This document shows, piece by piece, positions 39,320-53,199 of a stretch of DNA of 64,000 bases. Origin of the DNA: Callorhinchus milii (lineage: Eukaryota). The stretch lies in contig NW_024704742.1 of the NCBI RefSeq assembly GCF_018977255.1, forward strand, positions 87,112,001 through 87,176,000. Direction: 5' to 3'. A model generated the notes under the pieces. The model was not told the DNA's origin. It made no database searches and saw only the letters and a list, made by a program, of their open reading frames with translations. A program made the translations under genes and the position numbers. Numbering within the stretch: position 1 is the stretch's first letter; every line of letters starts with the position of its first letter.

Positions 39320-39655
39320 ACAGTACTCTAAGCCACAGCTGGTGACAGCCCAGTCAGCAAAACTTGGAAGGCCAGGACCAGTCATTGGGGGCAGGGATTA
39401 TTGTTATTCAGCTCCTGTTAACTCTGAAAGCCAAAGCCCTAATGGGTGGTCGTAGCTGGACAAGCAGCAGGAAAGCTTGCCAGACATTGCTTTCAATGGC
39501 AAGCTATGTAATTTTAGCTGGTTAGATTCCTTCATACCCCAATGTACACTCTGGGGTCCCCAAGCCTAGTCTCTTACCAACCGACATCTAATAGTCTTCG
39601 GAATTAGGTAAGCAGGGTGCATTCCTCCAGGGAGAGAGTGTGCATTCCATTCTAA
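39320..39655 (+). repeat. Family X copy
   Basis: Collinear with 5260-5580. Confidence 0.8.
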
Positions 39656-39859
39656 TATATGGTGATGGTAGTTCTTCAGAAATTAAAGCTACAAAACTTT
39701 GTTACATTGCAGCCTGTTTGTAATGCACAAATTCAGCTTTAATGGAGTTGGACCGAGGACTTCACTCATTACATATATGTGCAGCCGGCTTGCTCGTTTC
39801 CCTCATACCAGCCAACTTTAATGCCACAATAAATGACTACCCCTGATACAACAGTTGCC

Positions 39860-41655
39860 ACTGCTCCCTCAAATCCCATACTCGGTTGCTAAGCGCAGAA
39901 TGGCACAAAACCGACCTCAAGTTTCACCGAAAACACTTTCTAACCACATTCTCAAGGCCAAAAACAAGCCCAAAATCCTGTTCTCCACCACTCACCACCT
40001 CCTCCACGCACCCTTGATCCTCACTTGACATGCCAAGTGCGAAGAGGTCCTAGACTTCTTTATCTCTAAGATAGTCAACATCCACCTGACTGCCTTCTCC
40101 TCCTCCTTCCCACCCCCACCCCCAACCAAGTTGCCTACTCCCACCTCCCTCCCATGCCTCCTTTGTCACCATCTCCTCCTACCACGGCAGCTATCACAGC
40201 CCCCCCCTACACACATTTGCTCCCATCTCTCCCTCCTCCCTTTTCCCCACCATCACCCAGATGACGTTCACCACCTGCTGCCTCAAACCACTCCCCACCC
40301 AGCTTCTGGTCATTCAACTCCCCCTCCTCTGCCCACTGCTGGCTGACACAATCAACAAGTTCCTCTTTTCAGGCTCTGACACACCACCCCCCACCCAAAT
40401 CATCTGCCAACACCCAAATCTACTTCTCCTCCTCCAGCGGCAACTCCCAGTCCTCTGATGTCCTGTCAGCTTGTTTGACGGATGTCAAGGCCTGGATAAG
40501 TGTAAATTTCCTGCAGCTGAATGTCTACAAGACGGAAGTGGAGTCCTGTAGCTCAGTGGTTAGAGCACTCACTTTGCAAGCGAGAGACCTGAGTTCAATT
40601 CCAGGCAGGGCGAAACCTTGGGCAAGTTTCCTTACTCCACACGCCTAATAATAATCCCTCCAAAACCAAAAACAATAATAAATTGGTCATTTTCAATCTA
40701 CGACTGTTTGTGGGACATTGCTGTGCGCAATTGGCTGCCGCGGTCGCCCACAAATATACAGTCAATTCACTTTACAGTGTGTTCTGTGAAGCGCTTTGGG
40801 ATGTCCTCCCGACGTGAAAAGAGCTATATCAAATGCAAGGATTATTATTATTATTATAAGTCATACTCTTTGGCTCCCATCAACATTTTCATTCCTGCAG
40901 GTCTAAATTCCTCAACTTTCCCAGGCTCTCCCTCAGACTCACCAAACATGTGCGCAACGTAGACGTCAGATTCGATCCCCAGCTTTCCTTTCTATTCCAC
41001 ATCAATTCCCTGACCAGGACCACTTTTTTCCACCTCTGTCATATTGCCCACTTCAGTCTGTACCTCACAACCAAAGCAGCCAAAACCTTCGTCCACGCCT
41101 TCATCACTTCCCAACTAGGATATTCCAATGCCCTCCTCGCTGGTCTCCTCAGCTCCAATATACTCAAAATTCAAAACTCCGCCGCCTGCATACTCACCCG
41201 CAAAAAAACTCTGTACCCCATCACACCAGCTCAGGCTCCACTGTCTCCCAATTACCGAAGGGATCAATTTCAAGATCCTGTCACTCATTTTCAAATCCCT
41301 TCATTCCCTCAAACCTCCCGACCTATCCAATTTGCTTACCCCCACTCCAGCACCCGTTGCCTCCGCTCGGCTGGCTCCGGCCTCCTGTTTGACCCTCATC
41401 CCCTCCACTCCACCATCGGTAGCCGTGCCTTCAGCCACTATGCCCTGAAACTCTGAAACCCTCTCCCTTAATCCCTCTGCCTTGCAAGACCCCTCACTCC
41501 CCACTTCCAAATCCCGCCTAAAGACCTTCTTTCTGATCATGCTTATGGTCACCTCCCTCTCCTCCGGCTCGGTGTCAGACTCCGCCACTGTCAAGCTCTC
41601 CGGGATGCTATCCCGCGTGAAGGGCAGTATTTAAATGCAAGTTGGTGTTGTTGTA
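39860..41655 (+). mobile_element. Old internally deleted L2 LINE, interrupted by a SINE
   Basis: AKNKPKILFSTT, P.TCCL.PLPTQLL, NFLQLNV.KTE, FVHAFITS.L.YSNALL, SRAFSHYA and L2 tail. Confidence 0.8.
40540..40857 (+). mobile_element. Young tRNA-derived SINE, short form, inserted in an L2 (apparent TSD aagt)
   Basis: Full head and tail. aagt at 40536-40539 and 40858-40861; removing the SINE restores the L2 KTEVILFGS reading. Confidence 0.92.
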
Positions 41656-43261
41656 GTTGACTGCCAGATCATTGGAATACCACAAAGTTAGGCTGAGTTG
41701 TGAATGCACAAATCACAAATTGACGTCAGCGGTGACTTAATGATGTGGAAGTCAGCCATTTTTTCCTTTAGTGTGAGAACCAGATGGTGCACAGGAAGCA
41801 AGCTGTCCAGCTGCATATACGCTCAGTGTAACATGCTATCGTGCCCTGTTATGGTGCCGGTTGGGATTTTAGCGGTTGTTGGTTCACAAATCTTCGCTTT
41901 GGAATTCGGTTAATGAAGCCTCCGGTAGCTGGTTAACAATTCCAACCACTGTGTTATAATGGTGACTCCACTGAATCTTGCAAAGTGATAAACATTGTGT
42001 ACAAAGGACAGTGGGTGAAGGAAAGTGAGTGGAAGATGGAGCTACATCAGGGAATCTAGTACGAGGTTATCTGGGGAGCTGAGCCGGGGCTTGGAGCTTA
42101 AGTGAGAATGGTGAGCTTTATTGGGAAAACTATCTATTCATCTCCCAAATTTCAGTGGATACATAGTTTCATAAACTGTGCTGCTTTTACAGCGAGATCT
42201 GCCAATTCCCCCCAGTAACGGAGATGTTTTTGGTCTGTGCATGCTGAGCGCGGCTGGTGTGAGCCGTTTTATCACTGGCACTTTATGAAAACCAGGTGTC
42301 TGTGCAAGAACTATAACAACAATTACAGATGTGAAAACACACTAAACTATGATTCAACCCAGAACTCAATGTTTTAAATCCAAAAAATAGTCCACATAGT
42401 CAGGTATAAAATTCAATACAGTTTGGCCCAATTCAGAAGCCTATACCTGCCTGGTTAAATCAATGGAGCTTTATGTCTGACGTAATATATATCACTGCTT
42501 GTTGTTCTTTCACTGTAATCATTTGGCATTTTCAGCCTGTTCTCTCAGTGGAGCAACATTAACATAATAATAATAATCCTTGCATTTGATATAGTGCCTT
42601 ATCACGTCTCAAAGCGCTTCACAGAATACACTGTAAAGTGAATTGACTGAAAATACTTTGTGGGAGAAAGCACTTAACAGTAGCTTGTGAGCAGCATACC
42701 CACCTGTCTTGCCAGTTGGCAAGGATGCATAATGTAGAGAAACTCACAAAGAAAAGAGAGAGGGTATTTTACAATAATCCCTTCATGATCTGTGGCATTG
42801 AACCACAGGGGTGAGATAGACCCAATGACCAGAAAGTCCTTTTTGACTGATAAATCACCATTTTTTCAGTGAATTCAGTTGGTAGCAATGATTTTCCCTG
42901 AAATTTAATATTTTAAAACTGAATTTGCCTTTTTTTTGGCAACTGTGATTGTGCATCCACAGCCCAAAATATATCTAACTGTAATGCCAGTTCCGGGAAT
43001 ACTTAGGTAAGCCATTTCTGATATTCCAGATCTGTCTTTGAAGTGTATTCGAGGGACCCAGCATTGCAGCCAGATAGATTTTAGGATGTGAGAAGTAAAA
43101 AAAAATCCCAGCATTTGATATAGAGCACTCTCATGTTAACAAAGTGTCTCAAAGTATTTCACAGGATTTACTGCAAAGTGTAGTGACTATGTGTTTGTAA
43201 GAAAATGTTTAGGCTAACTGAAATTACTCGTTGTTTATTTATATTCAGTTTATTTCTTGAT

Positions 43262-43500
43262 TTTCAGATGAGATGTTAAACTGAGTTCTCAATCTGCCTT
43301 TTCAGCTGGATGTTAAAGTTCCTATGATACTATTTGCAAAGAAAAGGGAGTTTCACCCAGCGTCCTGGCCAACGATCCTCCAGTTAAATTGGCCATTGAA
43401 CTCTGGAATGTTTGTGGTACATTGCTATGTGCAAATTGGCTGTTGTATTTTGCAACAAATACATAATCACTATACTTTACTATAGAGTTTACTATGAGGT
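43262..43500 (+). mobile_element. Old Deu-domain SINE fragment
   Basis: ttttcagatgagatgttaaactgagttctc...tgttaaagttcctatgatactatt...cctggccaac. Confidence 0.65.
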
Positions 43501-45611
43501 GTTTTGACATCATAATAACAATAATCTGGCATTTGATATAGTGCTTCATCACATCGTCAAAATGTCTCAAAGTGTTTCACTGGATTTACTGTACAGTCTC
43601 ATGACTATATATTTTGTAGACAAATGCAGCAGCCAATTTGTGCACAAACAAATCCAACAAACAGCCATGAAATTAATGATCACTTTTATCTGGGGGATTG
43701 CTGGCCAGGACACAAGGGGAAACTCTCTCCTAAAGCACTTTTCCAAATTCAAGAATAATTTGACTGGCTTCCACTATGTTTGCATTATTGTGCATTGTCT
43801 GTGTGTCAGTGCAACACCCTTTTCTATAAACACAAAAGTCCAACAAAAGATCTGCTGTAAAACACTGACTGCCATTGAATACAATGTAATGCAGAATACA
43901 GTGTGATCTGAAGAAGGGAGCAGCAGCATTCTGATTGAGTTCAGATTATTTCACAATTTAATCTGATACAGTGAGGGGTAAAAATGTCAAATTCATAAAC
44001 CAGATGTGTTGCTTTCCTGTCTGTGAATATTAGACTCACATCCCACTGGTATTTTGTGTTAAAGCCTTTTTGTTCCTCAAGATACGCTATTCTTTGACCG
44101 TGATTTTTGTAACTCAATATTCACGAACTGAAAGTCTCTGTAAACACAACAGATCTGGTTCCTGAGTATCGCCCAATGATATCTTTGCACTGATCAGAAA
44201 CTTCAGATTTTAGCAGTGGTTATGAAAGATATCTTGGAAAAGATATTTCTTGGATATCTTATCAGATTCCATTTTCAACCAGTGCACTCAGCATGAGAGA
44301 GATAAAGGTCCTGGTATTTATTACATCAAATAAAATACATTTGTCGACAAATATACACAAAACCATATGTTACGTCTTCTGCTTATTTCAAAAATGATCT
44401 GAAACGTCTATTTCCAGGGGCTTCATGCAATATTTACAAGAGTCAAATGTGACACCTGCCAGGAAGGGGCAAACTACTACTCAGAGCTAATTGGGAATAG
44501 CCAGCCCATACAAGGAGAGACTCCTGAGCCCACTTAAGATAGAAGAAAGGTCTTCTCCTGAATTAGGTGTTGGATTTCACAGTTCTGATAGAATCAAAGA
44601 GGACTTGGTTTTAATGATAAACTCATTACACCATTATCGATACTCCAGGGTATTTTCACAGAAAGCACATTGTTATTATTATGTGTTATTTACCAAACCT
44701 GCTGGGCAACACATTATGAAAGTCTCCTCCAGCCTGGACTAATTAAGTTTTAAAGGAATTCACATACATTATTACAATAGAAAATAAATCCAGATGAAGG
44801 TTGAGCCACAGTCAACCCTAGTAATTCATTTTATTAATAAATAATATTTATCATAATCCTTGGCTTTGATATAGCACCATATCACATCGTCGAAATGTCT
44901 CAAAGCGGTTCACAGGATTTACTGGAAAGTTTAATGACTAGCAATGTTCTACAAACAACCATGACCAATTTTATTTTTATCTTATTTTATTTTGGCCAGG
45001 ACATCGGGAGAAACTCCTTTTTCTATTCGAATACAGCAGTAGAAGTTAACATCTTATGACACTTTCTATATGATTTAACCAAAACATAAACCCACTGTTC
45101 TTATTGTTTACAAATAATACGCAAATGAGTGTGTGTAGTAATTTGGACCTTGAATTTAAGACTGACACTAATAGGAAAACGCTGAACAAAAATGGATTGA
45201 CTCCTTCAGACTAGATGTTAAACTGATGTCCAATTTGCTTGTTCCTTGGGTGAACTTAAGAGATCCCATGACATTATTGAAAATGAGAAAGGGTTTTCTT
45301 GTGGTGTCTCAGGCCAACAATCCTTCAAATAAATGGGTGATTCATAAACAGGTCATTCATTCATGGCTGTTTGTGAGATCTTGCAGTGTAGAACTGGCTG
45401 GCTGTTGTAATTATCTATGACACTGCTGATGTCAGCAACAACAACAACAACAACAAAATTACATTTATAGAGCGCCTTTCACATCGGGAGGACGTCCCAA
45501 AGTGCTGAGCAGTCAAGTGTCGGGGCCCGAGCATGGAGGAGGGGTGGTGTAGGGGTGAGGGAAGGCAGAAAGTAAGAGGTTGACCAAAGGCATGATGAAA
45601 GAAAAAAAAAG

Positions 45612-45822
45612 TCTGGCTCATCAGCAGGACCAGGAAGGGCAGACCAGTCACTGGGGGCAGGGAGTCATCCCACTCAGCTCCTGTTAACCTGCAAGCCAAA
45701 GCCTTAACAGTTAGGGTGGTCTTAGCTGGACAAGCAGTGGGAAAGTAATATCAATGGCAAGCTATGCGGTTTTAGCTGGTTAGACTCTAGCAGTACCCCA
45801 ACACACACTCTGGGGCCCCCAA
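45612..45822 (+). repeat. Family X copy whose 5' part (about 45420-45437) is separated by an L2 3'-end insertion
   Basis: ctggctcatcagcaggac...ctgcaagccaaagcc...gtaccccaacacacactctgggg. Confidence 0.8.
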
Positions 45823-45979
45823 AATGCTGACCTGGCCAACAGTCCCCAAAGTAAAATTGCTCATTCACATCATGGCTGTTTTGTAGGACCCTGCCGTGCG
45901 CAAATTGGCTGCTGCATTCACCTTCAAAATAGTCACTGCACTTTACATCCTGTGAAGCATTTTGGAACATCCTCCCCAC

Positions 45980-46520
45980 ATGAAAGTTGCAATAACAATT
46001 ATGACACTGGATTAAGCAGATCGGAGAGGTAGGGAGGTGTCATAGTAAAGTGATTTGAAAGTAAGGATCTTGAAATCGATCTGTTCTGAAACAGGAAGCC
46101 AGTGGAGTCTGGCAAGAACTGGGGTGATGCAGGTGCAGAGCCTGGTACGAGTGAGGACACAGGTGGCAGACTTTTTAATATATGTATTATCTGCACTTTG
46201 TTAATAGTGGAGTTGGGGAACAAATTAACAAGAAGAGCATTGGAAAAATTGAGGCAAGAAGTGACAAAAGCATGAATGAGGGATCCGCAGCATTTGAAGT
46301 AAAATAGGGGTGAAGGCAGGTGATGTGGTGGAGGAAGGCAGTCTTACCCAGGGACCAGATGTGGGGGGTAAAGAGGATAATTGGGTATCGAACCTGATGC
46401 CAAGGTTGGGTACACATTTGGTGAGTTTGAGGGATAGGCAGGGAGGTTAAGGAGTTCAGAATCGCAAGTGAGGAGATGTTGATGGGAGCCAAGGAGGACG
46501 TCTTCTGTGCTGTCCATGAT
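45980..46520 (-). mobile_element. Old L2 LINE fragment
   Basis: Degenerate KTAFLHHI..LHPYFT..AA...F.A and PPYLSDLL motifs; similar to 40862-41340. Confidence 0.65.
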
Positions 46521-47160
46521 CAGCTGTAGTTAGTCATGAATATATAATAAATAGACAAGCATATCCCTCTACAGTTGTGCTGGACTCTTTGAAAATTAGG
46601 TCTTATATAGAGACTTGTATCGGGAATTGCTAATTGCCACTCCGAGTCACCAATAGGGAGTCCTGACAGTAACCAGAAGTGTATCATACCATCCCAGTGG
46701 AAACATCCCTCCAACTTAATCTACTTCTTGTCACCAGAGTACCCTGTGCATCAACATGACACACTTCACATTCCTGGAAAGTGTCATTATTCGTGACTCA
46801 GTTTCATTAATATTTGTGTCTCCTGATAATGATTTGCAGCATATTAGACCCCACCACCACCACTCTAATATACGTAAATTGAGTATATTCTTTGTCATTT
46901 CAAAAACTAGATACTGCCAACAGGCAGATTGTTTTTAGTAAGTAATCAAAGATGACAGATCGCCTCTTCACCTCAATTCCTTCAAGAACCACCTCAAGAA
47001 TTCCTCTTTAACCGAGCTTTCAGTCATCTTTCCCTCCCTCCCACCTTCCAACCCCTTGTCCTCCCACCTCCAGCTTGGGTGCTGGGGTTATGACGATGTA
47101 CCCAGAAAACGGTAGAGGTGGAATCAATAGGATGTTTAAAAGAGAGACAGGCAGATACTT

Positions 47161-47487
47161 GGAGTCCTGTAGCTCAGTGGTTAGAGCACTCGCTTTGCAA
47201 GTGAGAGACCTGAGTTCAATTCCAGGCAGGGCGAAACCTTGGGCAAGTTTCCTTACTCCACACAGAGCCTAATAATAATCCCTCCAAAACTCAAAACAAT
47301 AATAAATTGGTCATTTTCAATCTACGACTGTTTGTGGGACATTGCTGTGCGCAATTGGCTGCTGCGTTCGCCCACAAGTATACAGTCAATTCACTTTGCA
47401 GTGTATTCTGTGAAGCTCTTTGGGACGTCCTCCCGACGTGAAAAGCGCTATATCAAATTCAAGGATTATTATTTTATTATTATTATT
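47161..47487 (+). mobile_element. Young tRNA-derived SINE, short form, inserted in a CR1 3' remnant (TSD atactt)
   Basis: atactt at 47155-47160 and 47488-47493; full head and tail. Confidence 0.92.
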
Positions 47488-50400
47488 ATACTTGGGTAGA
47501 GGAGGTATTAATGGGGATGGCAACAGGGCAGGGCATTGGGATTAGAATATCTGCCAAGATCTGAAACTGGTGGAACAGGTTCAATGGGCTGAATGACCTC
47601 CGACCGTTTTCCTATTTTCCTAAGAAAATAGAGCAAGGAAGGGGGCTTTCCGAGGACAGTGAATCTTGGTAGAAAAGAGGGAAAGCAGAGTGAAAGGAGT
47701 AGCTTCTAGCTCTTTGTGCCCATGAGTGAACTGATTTTGATTTGGCTGGTATGTACAAAATTATAGATAGTTTTAGAGTTTTGTGATGACAGCTACTCAG
47801 ACAGAAAATAAACCTGTGGTTCGTAGACATCATTCAGTTCTGAATTATTTAGGAACAATGACTATTCATTATAACACAAGGTGAAATAATAGTGGCAGAC
47901 ACAGCACCAGAGAGGTATTGTTTTGTAACAATAAGAGGGGATTCGAATGATTGATGGAAACCCAGGGATTGTGAGGATCTGAGAGCAGAAATAGTTTCTC
48001 GTCACCTCTGAAAGATAAACAATTACATTGCTGGGAGAAATGCAGAATTTTTTCCTCTACCTCCTTAAAAGGAAAAATGTTTAGTTTCCAATGACATCAA
48101 GATTTGACTGAGGTACTTGGCAATTTTAGACCAGACTGACTCACTCATAATAACAATAATAATGATCCTTGCCTTTGGTATCTTACACAAATAGCAAACT
48201 ATGTGAGCTTTCAAGAACTGAGGGAAAGTGAAAATTATAGGCGTCACATTTTAGCCTTTCATTCTTCTTTTTCACTTCCATTTTATGTTTTCATCCTTCA
48301 AGGCCATTTTACAGTTGCTTGTTTCTTATTCCATGTATTTCCATTTTAATGTTTATCGTCCTGTCTCTTATCTGTTCTTTTCTTCTTTGAAGCAGATATT
48401 CACACATTCTCATTCTCTTCTTCTCAGACTATTGTCCATTCTTGAAGTTAACAAAGCCTTTGGCGCTTTCTTTTTCATTGCTAATGGCCATTGTTTCATG
48501 CAAAACAAGTTCCAAGGCTATATTGTAAAATGTTTTCGCTCCAGCCGAAGATCAGAGCTTCCACCACTTAGATGTCTATCCAACAATAACACCAACAAGA
48601 TTTCATCTATAGAGCGTCTTTCACGTCGGGAGGACGTCCCAAGGCGCTGGACAGTTGGGTCAGAATGCATCATCTTTAATGTAGTTAACAAGACCACAAG
48701 ATTACTTCAGATGAAGCAGGCCCTTTGGCCCATTTTATCTCATCCTTCGTGAACACCTACCCTAACGCCTTCCCATCACAGCATCAAGCTGCTTTTTAAA
48801 TAAGTTGTATCCTGGCCTCAACCACCCTTCCTGGTAACCATGTGCCAGCTGTTAATTGCCCTCTGGGAAAAGAAAACTTCTTGGCATCTGTCCTGAAATT
48901 GCCCTTTGCAATTCTAGACCTATGTCTTCTTGTTCTGCCGTCTTGGTGCAATCCAGTATTGATCTGGGTTTACTTTTTCAATCCCATATATCTCTATCAG
49001 ATCCCCTCTGAATTATCTTCTCTCAAAATTGAAGAGCCCTAGTTTGTCCAATCATTGCTTATTGTTGTACCTTACAGACTGACCCCGTTATGCTGTGCTT
49101 CCGGTTACAGAGCAACCATTTATAGTGTGGAAGCAACCAGTTATAATAGGACCTTTGGTGTACCAGAAGTGCATTACACGTCCAGCTCATGGCAGATAGC
49201 ACTCAGGCACAGAGGCTACCCAGCATCAAAGCAACCATGAGAGTAGCTGGTGTAAGCTTTGAGGATCAATGACACCAGCAGCAAAATTGTCAGTGACCTG
49301 CAGACCTGGAAGTGCCTTACAGCAGCCATTTTTATAACCCGATCCATCATATCACATGGTCTGAACCAGCAAACCAGCACACTACAGCAGGGTCTGACTG
49401 GATCACCAATACAAAGTGTTTAGATAGGAATCAGTGGATATGTTACAGTTAATGTTATTTATCTCCATCCTTGTTAGATAGTCAAGATTTGGATAGCTAC
49501 ATTCCTTATTAAATATTACCACCTATAACAAAGCACTACAGGTAAAAATAGCCACCCCCAATCCACCACATAGCCTAAATCTCTCACGTACGGAATCCCA
49601 TGCACACCACCATTTTACAGTAAAAATCACATAAGTCGTAAAAGTCTGGGCCATAATATTTAATATGACTTATGTGAAGACTGAGTTGCAGGCAAATTTT
49701 TTTATAAGTGGCATAGAATCCGATTTAATCAATAATCCTCACTGTGCATGCATACCATTGACTGCAGCCATTGCGTGCGCACTGCTTTGGAAAGCCAGTT
49801 TCCCAGAGTTCTTATAAAGTAAGTTTCCAAATTGAGGACTGAACTTAATGATTTTCCATATTCCTCGCTGCCTTAAATTTTAAGATGGAATGGTTTTGCA
49901 GGCTGAGATTACATCAGGCCTCAGATGCCAAGAATTGGGACAATTGCAGAATCAAACAGTGATCTATCTTTTGGGCTGTCATCTCGGGAAGCAGCACACT
50001 TGATTGCCGGGAAATGCACTGTGTGTGTGTGTGCGTGTTTGAGAGACTATTTTGTCCAGCAGGTCAGTGAACCTACGAGAAGAATAAAGCTTTGCACCCA
50101 ATAGGTTAACCCATTGGGTTATGGTGGGGAAGAGGAGAAACCTGAGCCAAACTTTAAGTCCTGATCCTGATTGCTCTCCAGTCTCCCAGCTGAAGAGCAC
50201 ACACATGTGAACATCTGTTAAGGACAGAATCAGACTTGGCTGCGACTCGACACGCTGCTGACAATCACTATCTACACTCATACAAAGGAACTACCACTGA
50301 CCAGGTACCAGAGGTCTGAAATTCCACCCGGTCTTAGTCTGCAGGACTATTTTGTCTTTTATCATACAGAAATGTGGAATGTTCAGACTCTTGAATCTGG

Positions 50401-50882
50401 AAGCTTCAATTTTCGTTAGGTCTTGAGGTGAACCGGCATCCAAATTAAGGCTGGATTGAAGAATTTTCCACAAATCTGCGCCATCTTACATTTAACGATA
50501 AAATGATCTTACTTACAGGCTAAAACTAGGTGGAATTTGGGTCACAGAGGACAGATGGAAGCTATGGCATCTTTAGCAGGGGAGAAAATTATAAAAATAT
50601 ATCATTGAGACATTTCAAAGAGCTTCGCAGGATTTACTGTAAATGTACTTTGTGTACTTTGTGGGACTGTGTGTACTTTGTGGGAAGATTGGAGAGGGAA
50701 AACCAATGAAAAATGCAAGGGAAGCCCATTTTATACTGACTACACAATGAGCTGATTTTTAATGCATACTTTGACTCAGTCACTAACAGGAAACCAAATA
50801 TCAAATTTCTTAAACACTTTCTGCATGCGCTTCAAAGAGGGTGTCATAGAAAAAGCCCTGTACTGCTACCTTTAATATATAT

Positions 50883-53185
50883 AGAATCATAGAATCATAT
50901 AGCGCAGAAAGAGGCCATTCAGCCCATCGCATCTGCGCCGGCTCATAAAAGAGCAATCCAACTCAATCCCACTGGCCCGCTTTCTCTCCATAACCCTGCA
51001 ATCCTGTCCTCCCCAAATACCCATCTACTTCTCTCTTAAAAGTTGTTATTGAAACGGCTTCCACTACCCTTTCAGGTAATGCATTCCAGATCCAAACAAC
51101 TCGTTGGGTGAATTTTTTTTTACTAACCTCCCCTCTGTTTCTTTTAACTACTAACTTAAATCGGTGTCCTCGGGTTACTGAACCACCCGCCAGTGGAAAC
51201 AGTTTTTCCTGGTTCAACCTATCAAATCCTCTCATGATCTTGAAAACCTCTATTAAATCCCCTCTTAATCTTCTCTGCTCTAGGGAGAATAATCCTAGTT
51301 TTGCTAACCTCTCCTCATAACTAAGGTCCTTCATTCCTGGTACCATCCTGGTAAATCTCCTTTGCACCCTCTCCAATGCCCTAACATCTTTCTTAAAGTG
51401 CGGTGCCGTGGGCTTCTATTTTGTTTATAAGTCTCTTATGTGGCACTTTGTCAAATGCCTTTTGAAAATCTAGATAAACTACATCTACTGCATTACCTTC
51501 AGACACCTTCTCAGTCACTTCATCAAAAAATTCTATTAGATTTGTCAGACACGATCTGCCTTTAACAAATCCGTGTTGACTGTTCTTTATTAAACGATAT
51601 TTTTCTAATTGAGAATTTATATTGTCGCGGATTATAGTCTCCAGAAGTTTCCCTACTACTGATGTTAGGCTGATTGGCCTGTAGTTCTCAGGTTTATCCT
51701 TCTGCCCCTTTTTGTACAGAGGAGAAACATTTGCAACCTTCCAGTACTCTGGCACCACCCCAGAGTCCAAAGAGGATTGAAAGACTGTGGCTTCCTCCTC
51801 GTCCCCCGAGTCCTCTGCTCCTCACCCTTGTATTCAAGTCCCTGCACTCCTCTGCACCCCCCTACCTCTCTGACCTCCTCTCTCCTCAAAACAGTACCCG
51901 TTGCCTTTGTTCCTCCGGGTCTGGCCTCCTCCTCGTTCCCCGAGTCCTCCGCTCCACCCTCGAGCGGCCGTGCCTTCAGCCACTATGCCCCGAGGCTCTG
52001 GAACTGCCTTCCTCACTCCCTTTGTCTTACTCCCTCCCTTCCCATTTTCAGGTCTCTGCTGAAGACCTTTCTTTTCGACCGCACCTTTGTTCACCTTCCT
52101 CCCCCTTCCCCTGGCTTGGTCCCGAGATCTGCTACTGTAAAGTGCTCTGAGACACCGTCTGGCGTAGAGGGCGCTATATAAATCCAAGTTGTTGCTGTTG
52201 AGGGTCTTTACCTTTGATTGATTGTTGTCTTCCATAACTATTCTAAACGTAATGATATTGTGATTACTGTTATCCAGCTGTTCTCCTACTGAAACCTGCT
52301 CCACTTGCCCCACTTCATTTCCCAGAACTAAATCCAAACACTGCTTCCTTCCTCGTTGGACTGGAAACATGCTGATCCAGAAAATTCTCCTGCACACATT
52401 TCAGGAATTCCTCCTCTTCCTTGCCCTTTGCACTGTGTGTTTCCCAGTCTATGTTAGGATAATTGAAATCCCCCATTATCACTATTCTATTGGTTTTGCA
52501 TCTCTCCAAAATTTGCTTCCAGATTTGTTCACCTATCTCCTTCCCACTATTTGGAGAGTAAATTCCTAACAGAGTAACAGTTCCTTTTCTGCTCCGAAAC
52601 TCTTACCAAATAGATTCAGTTTTTGGACCCTCTAACACATTGTCCTTTTCCAGGACCGTGACCGTGTCCCTAATGAGTATTACCACTGCTCCTCCTTTGT
52701 TCCCTTCCTTATCCCTCCTGAACAGGTTGTAGCCAGGAATATTCAGCTCCCATTCCTGTCCTTGCTTGAGCCAAGTCTCTGTAATTGCCACTACATCATA
52801 GCCCCATGTGGCAACTTGAACCGCAGCTCACCAAGCTTATTGGTCACGCTCCATTCATTTACACACATGCACTCCAATACCGGCTTAATTCGCTCTACAT
52901 TTCTCCCCCGTCTCTTTCCACTTTTTGCTGGACTATTCTTTGTTTCATTTCTATTTGTCTCTCCTCGTCCACTATGTAACTCGTTTCCCCTCCCTGATGT
53001 TACATTCTGATCCCCATCCCCCCTCAAAATCAGTTTAAACGCTTCCCCAAGCATTTATTATCCGTGTTGCAATGACATTGGTCCCAGCCCTGCTCAGGTG
53101 TAACCCATCCCTCGTGTACAGGTCCCATCTGCCCCAAAAGTAGTCCCAGTGGTTTAGAAACCTGAAGCCTTCCTTCCTGCACCAT
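50883..53185 (-). mobile_element. CR1 LINE with ORF1 esterase remnant, AP endonuclease, partial RT and 3' end; internally deleted and interrupted by an L2
   Basis: DLYTRDGLHLS (SGNH esterase ORF1), AITETWL and IMGDFNYP (endonuclease), NYRPISLTS, QHGF, YLDFQKAFDKVPH (RT), ERVQRRFTRM...RRLRGDLIEVFK, (ATTCTATG)n-type tail. Confidence 0.93.
51772..52200 (+). mobile_element. L2 3' fragment inserted in the CR1
   Basis: LVFKSLHSSAPPYLSDLL...GRAFSHYAPRLWN...LLKTFLFD; tail; close sister of 57190-57558. Confidence 0.9.
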
Positions 53186-53199
53186 GTGTGTGTCAAGCT

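Noticed and set aside
40540..40615. tRNA-Ala(TGC)-like cloverleaf (also at 7660-7733, 47161-47235 and other copies)
   Set aside because: Always fused to the same SINE body and tail, with variable anticodons; these are SINE heads, not tRNA genes.
45612..45630. CTGATGAG on the minus strand of family X suggesting a retrozyme
   Set aside because: The following hairpin is not followed by GAAA and no stem III or cleavage triplet is present; other copies vary at this motif.
48285..48752. 155-aa and similar hydrophobic ORFs (e.g. 60510-60878, 43541-43906)
   Set aside because: Low-complexity AT-rich translations that often run through repeat tails, with no recognisable domains or exon structure.
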